Shown piece after piece: positions 37,401 through 44,956 of a stretch of DNA of 53,222 nucleotides. The stretch covers positions 1 to 53,222 of the IMG/VR virus record IMGVR_UViG_3300025141_000133; one strand, 5' to 3'. The stretch comes from a virus (lineage: Duplodnaviria; Caudoviricetes). The position numbers and the translations under genes were made by a program. The notes under the pieces are model-generated. The model was not told the DNA's origin. It did no database searches and saw only the letters and a program-made list of their open reading frames with translations. The stretch's first letter is position 1. Each line of letters opens with the position of its first letter.

Positions 37401-38700
37401 CTAAAATTGCGTTAGGGTTAAATTCAGGTGCATCAGGTATAAATTTTTGTTTTATGAAGCTCTCTTTCTTTTTTCCTTCAACGTCAACAATAACTTTATA
37501 GCCTTTTTGGGTTTTCTTGATGATTTCTGCTTTCTTGCCTGAATGTATTCCACCTATTACATCTACTATAGCTCCTTGAGGTACAATCCCTAGACTCTCA
37601 AACTCTTGTAGAAATGCCTCAGTCATATCAGCACGGTTTTCACTGGCCTTTAGAATTTCTTGTCTAGTTCCTTCTGGGAGATCTGACCAGCCAGTCATCT
37701 TAGTAGGATCTTGCCAATCTTCTCGGGACATAAAGTTTGGGTTCTCAGGATCGTTCATTATTTTGGCTGCGTGTACCTTTTCTGCTGGTACAGCATGAGC
37801 ACCAAACCATGCACCTAATAGATATTCATAAACCTGTAGCTCTGTGGCATCTCCTCTCATTGTTGAGGGTAATCCTGTAAAAGCAGCACCTGCCATACCT
37901 CTTACTACTTTCTCTGCTGTTACTACAACTTGTGGATCTGTATCCTTTAGAAGTTTTCCAAGTTTAACATAGTTGCCTATGCCACCAAACACAGCACCCA
38001 TTTGAGCACCGCCTATAAATCCTTCCATCATAGCATCAGTACCCTGTTGCCAGTTAGAAACTGCTGAAGCTGCAGCAAGATGAAACCCACCACCTACGAT
38101 AGCCCTGCCAGCCGTTCCTTCACGTAAAAACTTAACAGCTTTGAGTGCTTCTACGTTTCCTAGTAGCTTACCGACGCCTTTAGTGGCTACGTCAGCAGCT
38201 ATCATAGGTACAGATGGTATCTTTACACCCCATTTACTAGGTCTGACCTTTAGGACATCTTTTATAGCGCCAGGAATCTTGGTCTTACCTAAAGTTGCTT
38301 CAGCTAGACTTAATGTTTTAGCACTTTTAGCAGCCTTAGTAGCAAGAGAAGCCCCGCCCATAGCTGTTCTACCCAATAAACCTAGACCAGGTATAAAACC
38401 TACAAAGCCAAGTAAATGACCTATATTACGTGATATTGCTTCTGCTGTGTTTCGGGGATCGTCACCAGTATGGATTGTAGTAAGGCCAGAAGCAAAACCA
38501 GAAAGTGCCTGACCAACCGTATTAAAAAGGTTAAAGTCAGCACCATCAGGGTCTTGTTCTATATTTACACCGAGATTTTGAGCTCGTTGTTGGAGTGCTT
38601 CGACTTGTTCCTGAGTAAACCAATCAGGATGTTCTCGATAGAGACGACTATCGTGTAAAAGTTGCTTCTCTAAGAGTTCTTGTTGATAAGAAGATAACAT
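28468..38700 (-). CDS. Giant ejected protein: putative crAss-type virion RNA polymerase with accessory domains
   Basis: GGMDLDIDK (DxDxD at 33184-33198), upstream IIRVP, HLDG, ILGK, FDTATK and downstream AADAAK; last gene of the ejection cluster. Confidence 0.8.
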   Translation of the reverse strand: MLSSYQQELLEKQLLHDSRLYREHPDWFTQEQVEALQQRAQNLGVNIEQDPDGADFNLFNTVGQALSGFASGLTTIHTGDDPRNTAEAISRNIGHLLGFVGFIPGLGLLGRTAMGGASLATKAAKSAKTLSLAEATLGKTKIPGAIKDVLKVRPSKWGVKIPSVPMIAADVATKGVGKLLGNVEALKAVKFLREGTAGRAIVGGGFHLAAASAVSNWQQGTDAMMEGFIGGAQMGAVFGGIGNYVKLGKLLKDTDPQVVVTAEKVVRGMAGAAFTGLPSTMRGDATELQVYEYLLGAWFGAHAVPAEKVHAAKIMNDPENPNFMSREDWQDPTKMTGWSDLPEGTRQEILKASENRADMTEAFLQEFESLGIVPQGAIVDVIGGIHSGKKAEIIKKTQKGYKVIVDVEGKKKESFIKQKFIPDAPEFNPNAILVDLPEGIKEMEGTQVQRIRETAVGWVVRYDNMETGWHPYEHLKAIGEEGVVATAEGDIRDIKTGELIEPPPSPKKPSVKNQEIIDEIARLNAETLELDIGYSDIRQINWNSDHPTVKNNPKAQKLAQEFADLNQKIQTMSPAELAELPEPIRNEFIDYPASWGYSRAQRGINVHSIKKMLEMYEYTLRTEGKESAEEYYNTREIKEKTPKEVVAKWRKGVEEINRVVEKEEAAAATPAEVKPAGVTKIISGGQIGADQIGLEVGKEIGLETGGTAPPGFQTSKGKKPKLLKEYGLVEGEADPKVYRKRTIQNIKDSDGTVLFGKETSPGSKLTKNQSLEIGKPYIANPTVEELSSWLKENNIKTLNVAGNRAIANDPDAIANMKSVLRDAISISAEAPAPISILHRDAPSMPMHFKDGTGGRKMRPEFSGKSTMDLILSGDRTATTRNLSDVKNLKVGDILDFYDKNSKKAVTVRVTKAPYKVSDITPKEWSKLEGWDKSGYQQNKNRWQFQFELINKPDKAKPELASSEQVTSPEDRPAETSLQTKNREIKDTVEDHDTNSYIFDNSLETTISTIQKANPTSSRKSIQLWMDKRTQDITQNIDFFKFMDDLKSSWEVSFEEGSQEWNGIRRYFNRRRTSLRETQSYFTLLDTKDRGDMSQKAHIIVRDRPQSFLEMLPLAEGVKKSIRKVVEYAEWVDTVGRNRNGTPKRRYSVEKLFDMEFDGFDFIVNRKEATERGGFTTVEKRYPLANIFLSEHKSGYTYLSGVKDKNRMIFIPHQIEPENAVAWARAFIEEISDPNVVNNARSQYNKGLAKFRIMINHGREKGKKIENRESEEIYAQSVYSTAAVIERMNGGMPLKDIIKYNTSGEGQFITDPITLNQRMQIIDSGEPTMDPLMYQHIPDMKDGFRLAIVNAIPGKLGKMSWNREILKDMLNKSYDAHLDGVFLVRDDVFNAMAKDAGIPKDGAVLKGFMRYTDQSPSPEIQVPASTLKTLFGKRRGLILGKYAYFSAGKEASTELQSKNMHGYIFDTATKQLGRRSKYDINLNEKGELDFYTENTKVIDPNPEIYTIPHSGLTISPGNYEHVRRATSNVQIVKQLLGNANNSQIDKKVVAEAVEKVLLPAVAGDPEVNAKWDKYIKTGEEKHIKEFLEAEGEILEERFEKVSLDRIIDLVDGVTVSDSPLYRKFWKMLLHAQGKPITNRTEELDNNTFEESELDTDIIRRADIMLGEAGALSAPIINFKLVRFTTDRILAKYATRRIVKPVVGHSGTAIGVPYDPWLQKDINLRPGEFYLNNKWKNFVTNYTIVKADGIRANLTLDQLLSRRTELKNKLRRVPTKDRKAIKTDIESVNEALELAIIRVPSDSVSGTRILKFMGFTGRKGAGILLHPEDMGYLGGMDLDIDKVHIYQNLPKSLKESIKKQSKEWHKGKKFLKPVTRELEEIFSEEGNLDLDMAKTPFGMLDPLTRFYISHNARKGNKLLGLANNLKRRIHMLQDITEGKEKRIPFTIPRGQWKRSKNIRAAAKKNISVEYPKGELYIVLKPNKDGGKKLRLYARAIQNMAADAAKYTGIINPEKLTEILFKAAFDKIEIVTPDGKRVANVLENEKSVGLIRGTIYRGMEELNKAVSGWDYTKKRSLTLSEKSDLANSYLGYGQAEGAIESKGIKRDLLSPLDEYRATAIRNVRHDPDPSKWLSEKEIVKAGKVLEEIVHGTSEEAIYFREKVLSKLQFKVATARGEDPIEYLKNIKDLDKKRDYYSKTLAALTSVRRVFKANKAFLDSGGTTEELTEIFKTADKLLTQYAQRMLDINKKKRERTVERKAPVINEINALIRSYVETIGEATGKRAFFEYFIGTMSGSTYSDNLRSFGFESPVVPRPIIEGWLNDYHKLATKLGEPITSEEVAVFMGKKPSKDPKVQRIMKEVEKEVTGDKAEASADEMSKKMWEGIEDYSWVDVKTRDKRIVNETREVKRLRKELRWIFQKHPTLLHNISKSFPGITSLRGTFGIPIPGAGVLPGAATIEDVKVFINYWRGLHGRNFLLDMAKDDPGYALKWFHFYFFPDTISQKHLAYNLNWFARKNVPVRAADGKVYKKDVAIPIAHYGRMVDMGIKSNLWFSNTTDRWAKRVNDEFEFLFLLEKDAPDLVNIAIAYRERALASKHNEPQYEKYAKEADELYEIYKDKIYNFPSEGKKKGRVTKTGKEIIEIINRKITKLNTNMKDQWIKGEYDYDEWVAPYRDKSGNIKFSEIIKREISDVLFQGKEADLKKVGLENLLRLSNEYAVSRMTINGVRIKDMHPDKRANIMSRYLDETIHPRTNKPKGKFAFKGVGEIEVEHYWPHRDHIKKIKDQYIEARIEKAKAEGKSATALAKLRVSLETTAMRAQLDDGGALHPMAEFIMTEGMTEKDVERIGLFRRPSHALSRARHGHVIPSWAKDMDAYRTYINQIIKANYNLMFTLSGHRIMEDFSETAKTTFKPDQVKQWARFGRLHLRDILGYKSSMPENWIADRNFPVKNTLYYLLSDQHVKKKMDKIATKWFGGKGWVRKNEDGTLNEDDLSYKLNLFSNLEAKWELMTLLTHTKTMANNFWGGSLNTLISTGFRHWKSAGSLDFLNSNIPMKKGDPESRDWDYYTAFTQRHGAIESFLRSELKANPALRSKRGANFINDLIARVNKDGTEISRASVFEIGNKHGFTKAWIEKSAWFMKFMEQKLRRRAFLAHYINAMEVLSANKVAFERDDPWLIEMAMKGVEGTQYLYNNAARPAFSRTSLGRVYSRFQLWAWNSLKFRKDIYKGAKLYDYQPGTPEFDRFKRMGLADLFMFSMATAFPLTMFESTLPPPWNYVQDMSDLLFGNEHERDRAFFGTLPKPIAPLQAVSPPIARHILGPLGALLKNDWGRFADYHVWTWFPFGRIARDIKGTLEYPSMLVEKATGVPIHRISKELIKRREEPALAPTGIIQYHRGSEEDILSEESLGEAK

Positions 38701-38722
38701 ACTAAGTGTGACACCTAATATG

Positions 38723-39541
38723 TTATGGAATCATCGGTAATAAGCCAAGTAATCCAAGTCCAGCTTTTTCCTCTGGAGTTCCACCCATTATACTAGGAAC
38801 AGCTGCTAGTCCACTTAGTTGCCAGCCCGAATAAGGTATTGTAGAGGTAACTGGCCCTTGTCCTAGTGTAACACCAGGTCTTCTTACAGGCATCATAAAC
38901 CCACCTATTGCACCTTGTATACCACTTCCTATTGGAGCAAAGATATCTCCTTCTCCTATTTGTTCCAGTGCTTGCTGACTACCAAACATACCTGCACTTA
39001 CCATAGCACGTCTTGTTCTATCACCACGTTCAAGCAACCATTTAGCTGCTTTCTGAGCATTTTCATGTGTTGCTGCGTCATTCAGTGCCTTTGCTACTGA
39101 ACCAGTAGTAGTGTCAGCACCCTTCTTAGCCATCTTAGATATCGTTTTAGCAAGAGTTCCTTCAGCTTTCAACAAGCTTTTACCTGCTGCCAGTGATGAC
39201 AAACCTTTCATTCCTGATGTTGCTAGCTTCTTACCAACTGCAAATGGGCCTGTCATTAAACCCGCAAGGCTACCACCCCAACCTATATATTTTTCAAATT
39301 CGGTAAGTGGTTGTGTCATCATAGAGTCAGGAAATAATCCAAATGTCATTGTGTCAGCAAGATTAGAGAAGAATACTTTAGCTGCCCTAGTTGTGCTGAA
39401 CTCTGGCTGAAATTGTATTCCTGCAGCTGCTGCTGCTGTTGCTATTGATGCTATCTCTTCATCTGTATAGGCACCTGGGTCATTTTTATAGGAACGTATA
39501 ATGAGTGACAGCGTCTCGTGTTCGCTTAGTTTTTTAATCAT
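38723..39541 (-). CDS. Ejection/internal virion protein
   Basis: G/A-rich hydrophobic helices; resembles the N-terminus of the 3410-aa protein. Confidence 0.65.
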   Translation of the reverse strand: MIKKLSEHETLSLIIRSYKNDPGAYTDEEIASIATAAAAAGIQFQPEFSTTRAAKVFFSNLADTMTFGLFPDSMMTQPLTEFEKYIGWGGSLAGLMTGPFAVGKKLATSGMKGLSSLAAGKSLLKAEGTLAKTISKMAKKGADTTTGSVAKALNDAATHENAQKAAKWLLERGDRTRRAMVSAGMFGSQQALEQIGEGDIFAPIGSGIQGAIGGFMMPVRRPGVTLGQGPVTSTIPYSGWQLSGLAAVPSIMGGTPEEKAGLGLLGLLPMIP

Positions 39542-39573
39542 GTTAGTTTTCCTTTGTTATTTTCTTGTTAATT

Positions 39574-40773
39574 TTAACTTGACCTCCTAGCTGCTCTTAT
39601 CGATTCGAGAGGATAAGGATTATTCATGTAAGGTGGTAGGTTGTTTCTAAGCTTACTCTTATGATACTTTCCGTTATTTATATATATATCAAAATATTGA
39701 TCAAAATTCACTTTGGTATTCTCGTCATATTCTGTGACTACATCCACAAATTCCCAGCTACGTCCATCATCCCAAGCTATTTCGCCAAATTCTGTTCTAT
39801 CCGCGTCATAGCTACTTATGTGTTGAGTTTGAGGATCAAAAAAGTAAATTTTACCTTTCTTAAGTTTACCCGATCCCTGCTGCTTATCCTGTCCTATTCG
39901 TTTAATTCGTATTAATCCTCTTGTCGTTCCCTCGGACATCAGGTTATTTGAGATTGTCTGTGGATCAGTAGAAACCCCTGCACCTTGTGTGTTTGTAGCA
40001 GACGGATTTATGTTTGCAGCACCAGGTAGCGGAGCGAAGTAATTATTAGTGTTGGTGCTAGCGTAGGGATTCTGGTTTGGATCTGTTTGAAAACCAGGGG
40101 GAATTGGTGCATTTTCACTCAGAAATCTATTTCTTTCGTATTCATCTCGATCCTCAATTAGATTATCTATATCGTCTATTGAAGTTAAACCTGCTTTGGT
40201 TTTTATAATGAAATCCATCATAGTATTTACACCACCAGGGATCATTGTGCGTATATTTGTAACTGGATCAGTATAGTAAAATAAGTTGCTATGTTGAGGA
40301 TCTCCCATACTATCCACTATAAAATCCTCATACTGTATATTTTTGAGTCTTCTTGCACCTTGGTGGCTGCGGAATTGATCCGTATATTTAACGAGGTTAG
40401 CTATAAGATTTTCCTTCGCTGCGGCTTGTGCATTTTGAGTCTTCAGAGTGTTTACGTCTGTTAAAGTTCGCAACTCCATGTCCGACACCACCCGTTTTTT
40501 ATATTTTGCATCTTCCTTAAGTCCTTCAGCAGATGCCTGATCTGCGAATGTACCTTCGTCATGCGCCTTTTGATTACGGATTTCTTGCCTATTCGCAATA
40601 TCAGCATCTTTCTGCTGAGCGAATGTACCTTCTTCATGCTCATCTCGAAGACGTGCTTCTGCGGTTTCATACAGCTTTAAACGATCTCTTTCTAGAAGAT
40701 GCTCTAGAACACTAAGTTTTGCCTCCTCTTTTTCTCGCATTCCTCGATTAAAATCAAATTTATAATTACCCAT
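39574..40773 (-). CDS. Internal virion protein (putative)
   Basis: In the ejection cluster; HxEGTFA repeated. Confidence 0.6.
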   Translation of the reverse strand: MGNYKFDFNRGMREKEEAKLSVLEHLLERDRLKLYETAEARLRDEHEEGTFAQQKDADIANRQEIRNQKAHDEGTFADQASAEGLKEDAKYKKRVVSDMELRTLTDVNTLKTQNAQAAAKENLIANLVKYTDQFRSHQGARRLKNIQYEDFIVDSMGDPQHSNLFYYTDPVTNIRTMIPGGVNTMMDFIIKTKAGLTSIDDIDNLIEDRDEYERNRFLSENAPIPPGFQTDPNQNPYASTNTNNYFAPLPGAANINPSATNTQGAGVSTDPQTISNNLMSEGTTRGLIRIKRIGQDKQQGSGKLKKGKIYFFDPQTQHISSYDADRTEFGEIAWDDGRSWEFVDVVTEYDENTKVNFDQYFDIYINNGKYHKSKLRNNLPPYMNNPYPLESIRAARRSS

Positions 40774-40847
40774 TTTTATTGTTCTCCTGTAAAATCATTA
40801 ATCCACCGTATTCCAGTCATCGTACGCAAAAAATATTAGCCATCCTT

Positions 40848-41456
40848 TTATGAATAAAGATCTCCCCCAACCCCTAGAGGCACACCATCATCATCAATCT
40901 GAGTGCCGCCTGAACCGAACATTGAGCCTATAAGACTGCCCGCCGACGATATAAGTTTCCCAGGCATGCCACCAGTAGCGAAGTTAAAAGCGCCTTCAGC
41001 GAGCCCTGCTTGCAGTCCTGCTCTTTCTGTAGCAAGATCACCAGCAATACCACTAGCGCTTATTCCCTGGCCTGTAAATGCACTTGCCGAATTCATTAAA
41101 TTTGTACCCATACCTATACCTTGAGTATACATATTTTCCAAGCCAGTACGTGTTTGCTCACCTATACTACTCTTATTCTGAAATTGTTTTCTAAGGGCAG
41201 CAGCTATACCACCGCTTTCGCCAGTCATTGCCATTTGATTTCCTATTTGGTTAGCACCAAAAGCCATCGAATCTCTTAACTCTCGGTTTAGTCTTGCCCC
41301 ATACTGAGAATAAAAAGGATCTGAAAAGTCTAATAGCCCCTGTCCTTTGTCAAAGATGTTTTGACCTTTATCCATTAAACCACTAGACTGTCTATTTAGT
41401 ATACCTTGTTGGTTTTTTAAGGTATCTAAGCCCATTATTTTTGTTAACGCAGACAT
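40848..41456 (-). CDS. Small ejection/pilot-like protein
   Basis: G/M/Q-rich helical protein after the nozzle gene. Confidence 0.65.
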   Translation of the reverse strand: MSALTKIMGLDTLKNQQGILNRQSSGLMDKGQNIFDKGQGLLDFSDPFYSQYGARLNRELRDSMAFGANQIGNQMAMTGESGGIAAALRKQFQNKSSIGEQTRTGLENMYTQGIGMGTNLMNSASAFTGQGISASGIAGDLATERAGLQAGLAEGAFNFATGGMPGKLISSAGSLIGSMFGSGGTQIDDDGVPLGVGGDLYS

Positions 41457-41457
41457 A

Positions 41458-41706
41458 TTAACTCTCCTTTAGTGTTAAATTAACTCCAGCCCATCCTTCT
41501 TTAGTACGAGCTTCTATCTCATGACCACCAGAACTCTTCTTAACAACTTTTATATCTCCTGGCTTACCTGATGAACTTTTATCTGCATCCGTGCTAATCT
41601 TATTCACAGACTGTATAATATTATTAATATCATCATAAATTTGTTTTACTATTCTATTCATAGAAGGATCTTCTACATTTGGCATTCTTTTATTAGAAAG
41701 ACTCAT
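41458..41706 (-). CDS. Small tail-associated protein
   Basis: Coupled to the nozzle gene. Confidence 0.65.
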   Translation of the reverse strand: MSLSNKRMPNVEDPSMNRIVKQIYDDINNIIQSVNKISTDADKSSSGKPGDIKVVKKSSGGHEIEARTKEGWAGVNLTLKES

Positions 41707-44700
41707 TTTACTGGTAGTGGCCTATAAATGATACCTATTGAATCTACTTCACCTGTATTGCCAACTGGCACAACCTTTACCTGGATTGCCTTAGCCTTTT
41801 TATCGTTAGTTGCTATTTTCTCGCTTGTTAATGATGTGTTGGGTGCACTTCCATTCATACCATAAGTGGCTGTACCAGAACCTACCAATCTTATTTTATA
41901 GAACATCTTATCCTGAGTATCTGCTCCTAATGTGATCAATTTTGTTTGGTATTCCCATGTTCTACGAGTGTCAGCATTAGCGAGATAATGTATAAGTTCA
42001 TGACTTGTTCCTATATATGATTCCCCATTCTTTCCTGACACATAACATTGAGGAACATGAGTTTGACTTAAATCTAATAAATCCCATCTTTTTCTTGATA
42101 GATTATAAGCCCAGCACGAATATCTAGTAAACCCAGTATTTTGTGGATCTCCAGCTTTAAAGAAAACTAGTAAGCTAGTTCTAAAAGGATCAAATGCTAG
42201 TACTGGATCAACAGTAACATCTCTATGCTGCCAGGGATAATTGGCGGTATCAGCATCATCGATTATGGCATCTCCTATAATTTGCGGGCTAGAACCAGTA
42301 TGCATATAGATATTATGATCGCTACAAAAGAACATTCCATATTCTGTTGTTAGTACAGCTCTTTGACTTGTACATCCAATACCCTCAAATATATCTTCTA
42401 CGAAAAAGTTATTTGGTTCTATCCTATATGTATTACTCTTATCAAAAGCATAGACTCTTCCGCCAAAAGTAGCTAGTGCAGTAGGAACAGTAGGTAATCT
42501 TAAAAAGTCTTTTGACCAATCAAAAGTATCATACTTATATGGTTTAGACCTAAACAAGTATTGTTTTGCGTCATCGATATTAGGATGTGCACACTGTCCT
42601 ACAAAAAGTTGAGAGTTAGCTTCAGTAGCAAGCCCATATGATACAATAGGATTTGTTAATAGCTCATCAATCCCAGTAATAGCATCATAAGAAGCACCAG
42701 GATCTGTATCATCTGTAAATTCATACGTAGCATTAACGTCACCATTATTATCTGTTGTTACATCCCATGCATTATCTGAAAGAGAAATGTTTTTAACTAA
42801 GCGAAAGAACACGTTAGGCTCAGTTTCAGTGTCATCAGCATTTTCGGAACGATAAATTGAGATGCCAGTAAGTCTTTTATCAATATTCCCTATTTTTGTT
42901 AATGTGAGTGTTATATTAGCATCCACCCCATCTTCATCAATAGCTATTCCGTCTAAAGGATAAGTATGCTCAGTAAGTACTGATTCTTGATAACCGTCAT
43001 ATATAAAACTTGCTTTCCAAAATACTCTTTTCTCAGTACCAGTAGCCTGATCAGCAATAGCAAGAGAAAAAGGAACTACACCTAATTGATCAAGAGAGTA
43101 AGTACCAAAGTCATGGGTTAATGTATCAATTTTAGGTGTTTCTTCTTGTCTGGCTAGATATAGTAACGGTTCTGTTGTTCCAGTAGAATGCCCGATTAAT
43201 GATTTATAGACATCTTCAGTGTAGAAAGTTGTCCAGGTTTGTACTGTACCAGCATATGTGTTATCATTAACCCCTTGAAAAACTTTTATTACAGTGCCAT
43301 CTGCTACATATAGAGAGTGATAAATGGGTGCTTCTCTTTCCGTCTGTATCATATTTACATATCCTGACGTTATTTGATGATTATTCGAGCTTCCTTCTGT
43401 ATCAAAGACACTCATAGAAGCATAGTCATCTATTACTTTATTTTCATGATCCTCATGTATTTTATTAACAACTTTTTCAGCTACTATATTACCCCAAGAT
43501 ACTTTCAGTAGAGGGCCATTGAAGTTCGAAGCGACCATGTTATCATTATATTGACAATACCACCCAACAACACTACCACTACATTTAATCAAACTTCGTA
43601 TAAAGGTTTTAGGCTTTTGCTCGTCACCGCTAGAACTTACGTTTCCACTGTTATATTCTATCCATCCTCCATCTTCATTTGCTCCTATAAGTCTTGGTGA
43701 TCTTTTTGTAAGAGTAAGATCATTATCGTTAGCCCCTGGTTTAGGAGCATTATAGATGGCACAGGAAGCTACTCTGTTTGGCGAGTAAGCTGCGAACCAT
43801 ACTTTATTATCTGTAGTTATTATATCACTGAACGTAAGTAACCAACCAGCCCAATCGGGCATAACAAACCTATGACTATATGTTATTGAAAAGTCGTCCC
43901 AATCCATCTCATGTAACTTATAAATTTTGTTATCAGCATTTATACGATCTAGTATATATAACTTTTCATCATCGTCATCATAATGTATCCCACATATACT
44001 TGTGAATAATACACTATTAGTATCAATAGCTTCAGTATCGGCATTTATTCTGTATAGGGTTGATGAGCCAAAGGCAGCTCCAAATATCCAATCGTGTTCA
44101 ACTGGAAGAAGACGGACACGCTCTAAGTAATCAAAAAATGTTAAAGCGGTAAGAGATGTTATACCAGCTGTTGTTACTACAAATTCATCTATCTCAGTTC
44201 CTAATCTCTCATTCTTTATATAGCCCGCCCATGTAGGTGGAAGGTCACTTCCTAGCCCTATATGAACTTCTTTATTATGTACTGTCATTACAGAATTACT
44301 ACCTACTGCTCTACTTGTTATACTTTGTGTACTAGGATCTTCTATGTCCTCTATTAATCCTACTCCATTGTGATTAAGATAGACAAGATTATTAGTATCA
44401 TTATTTCTAATGATTTTCCCTGATTGGATATTATTTGCAATGGCAGGAACAGATGTCCAGTCCCACCGATCACCCAGAGTAAATCCTGTGGTGGAGCTAA
44501 ATTTTATCTTTAAACCAAAGTCATCACTAAGAACTATGTAGCTTGTAGAGCATGCTACACCCGTTGCCTCGTAAGTTTGACCCCCGTCATTTGACCATTT
44601 GAATGTATTTTGGGAAATGCTACTATCAATTATTACTGTATAGCTTGTATTTTCTGTACCAACATAAGTACCATCGATTGTCAAGCCATTTGATGATATG

Positions 44701-44711
44701 GGTGTAGCCAT
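41703..44711 (-). CDS. Tail nozzle/stabilisation protein (beta-propeller)
   Basis: FIYDGYQES, RLTGISIYR, GIGC.S..AV..TEYGMFF and YQTKLI..G...QDK.FYKI motifs. Confidence 0.75.
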   Translation of the reverse strand: MATPISSNGLTIDGTYVGTENTSYTVIIDSSISQNTFKWSNDGGQTYEATGVACSTSYIVLSDDFGLKIKFSSTTGFTLGDRWDWTSVPAIANNIQSGKIIRNNDTNNLVYLNHNGVGLIEDIEDPSTQSITSRAVGSNSVMTVHNKEVHIGLGSDLPPTWAGYIKNERLGTEIDEFVVTTAGITSLTALTFFDYLERVRLLPVEHDWIFGAAFGSSTLYRINADTEAIDTNSVLFTSICGIHYDDDDEKLYILDRINADNKIYKLHEMDWDDFSITYSHRFVMPDWAGWLLTFSDIITTDNKVWFAAYSPNRVASCAIYNAPKPGANDNDLTLTKRSPRLIGANEDGGWIEYNSGNVSSSGDEQKPKTFIRSLIKCSGSVVGWYCQYNDNMVASNFNGPLLKVSWGNIVAEKVVNKIHEDHENKVIDDYASMSVFDTEGSSNNHQITSGYVNMIQTEREAPIYHSLYVADGTVIKVFQGVNDNTYAGTVQTWTTFYTEDVYKSLIGHSTGTTEPLLYLARQEETPKIDTLTHDFGTYSLDQLGVVPFSLAIADQATGTEKRVFWKASFIYDGYQESVLTEHTYPLDGIAIDEDGVDANITLTLTKIGNIDKRLTGISIYRSENADDTETEPNVFFRLVKNISLSDNAWDVTTDNNGDVNATYEFTDDTDPGASYDAITGIDELLTNPIVSYGLATEANSQLFVGQCAHPNIDDAKQYLFRSKPYKYDTFDWSKDFLRLPTVPTALATFGGRVYAFDKSNTYRIEPNNFFVEDIFEGIGCTSQRAVLTTEYGMFFCSDHNIYMHTGSSPQIIGDAIIDDADTANYPWQHRDVTVDPVLAFDPFRTSLLVFFKAGDPQNTGFTRYSCWAYNLSRKRWDLLDLSQTHVPQCYVSGKNGESYIGTSHELIHYLANADTRRTWEYQTKLITLGADTQDKMFYKIRLVGSGTATYGMNGSAPNTSLTSEKIATNDKKAKAIQVKVVPVGNTGEVDSIGIIYRPLPVK

Positions 44712-44713
44712 TA

Positions 44714-44953
44714 TTAACCTTGCGATTCTCCTAAGAATTCTAGGGTTCCATATATACCTGTAGGTTCAGCAGTATTTTCCCAGCCACCGCCAGTGGCATA
44801 CTTATCAGATGGTACTCCTTTTAGAATGCCATCATGTGTTACGCTGTCTAGGTTTAAGCTGTAATTAGCTGCGTCTTCAGGGATATCCCTTATGGAAGGC
44901 GTAGTCATAGTGCCTGTTATGAATTTACTTATTTCGTGTACTTTTTTGGGCAT
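44714..44953 (-). CDS. Separate N-terminal segment of nozzle-type protein
   Basis: MPKK..EI..F..G......RDIP.DA...S.N.D....G.L resembles the usual nozzle N-terminus. Confidence 0.6.
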   Translation of the reverse strand: MPKKVHEISKFITGTMTTPSIRDIPEDAANYSLNLDSVTHDGILKGVPSDKYATGGGWENTAEPTGIYGTLEFLGESQG

Positions 44954-44956
44954 TAT

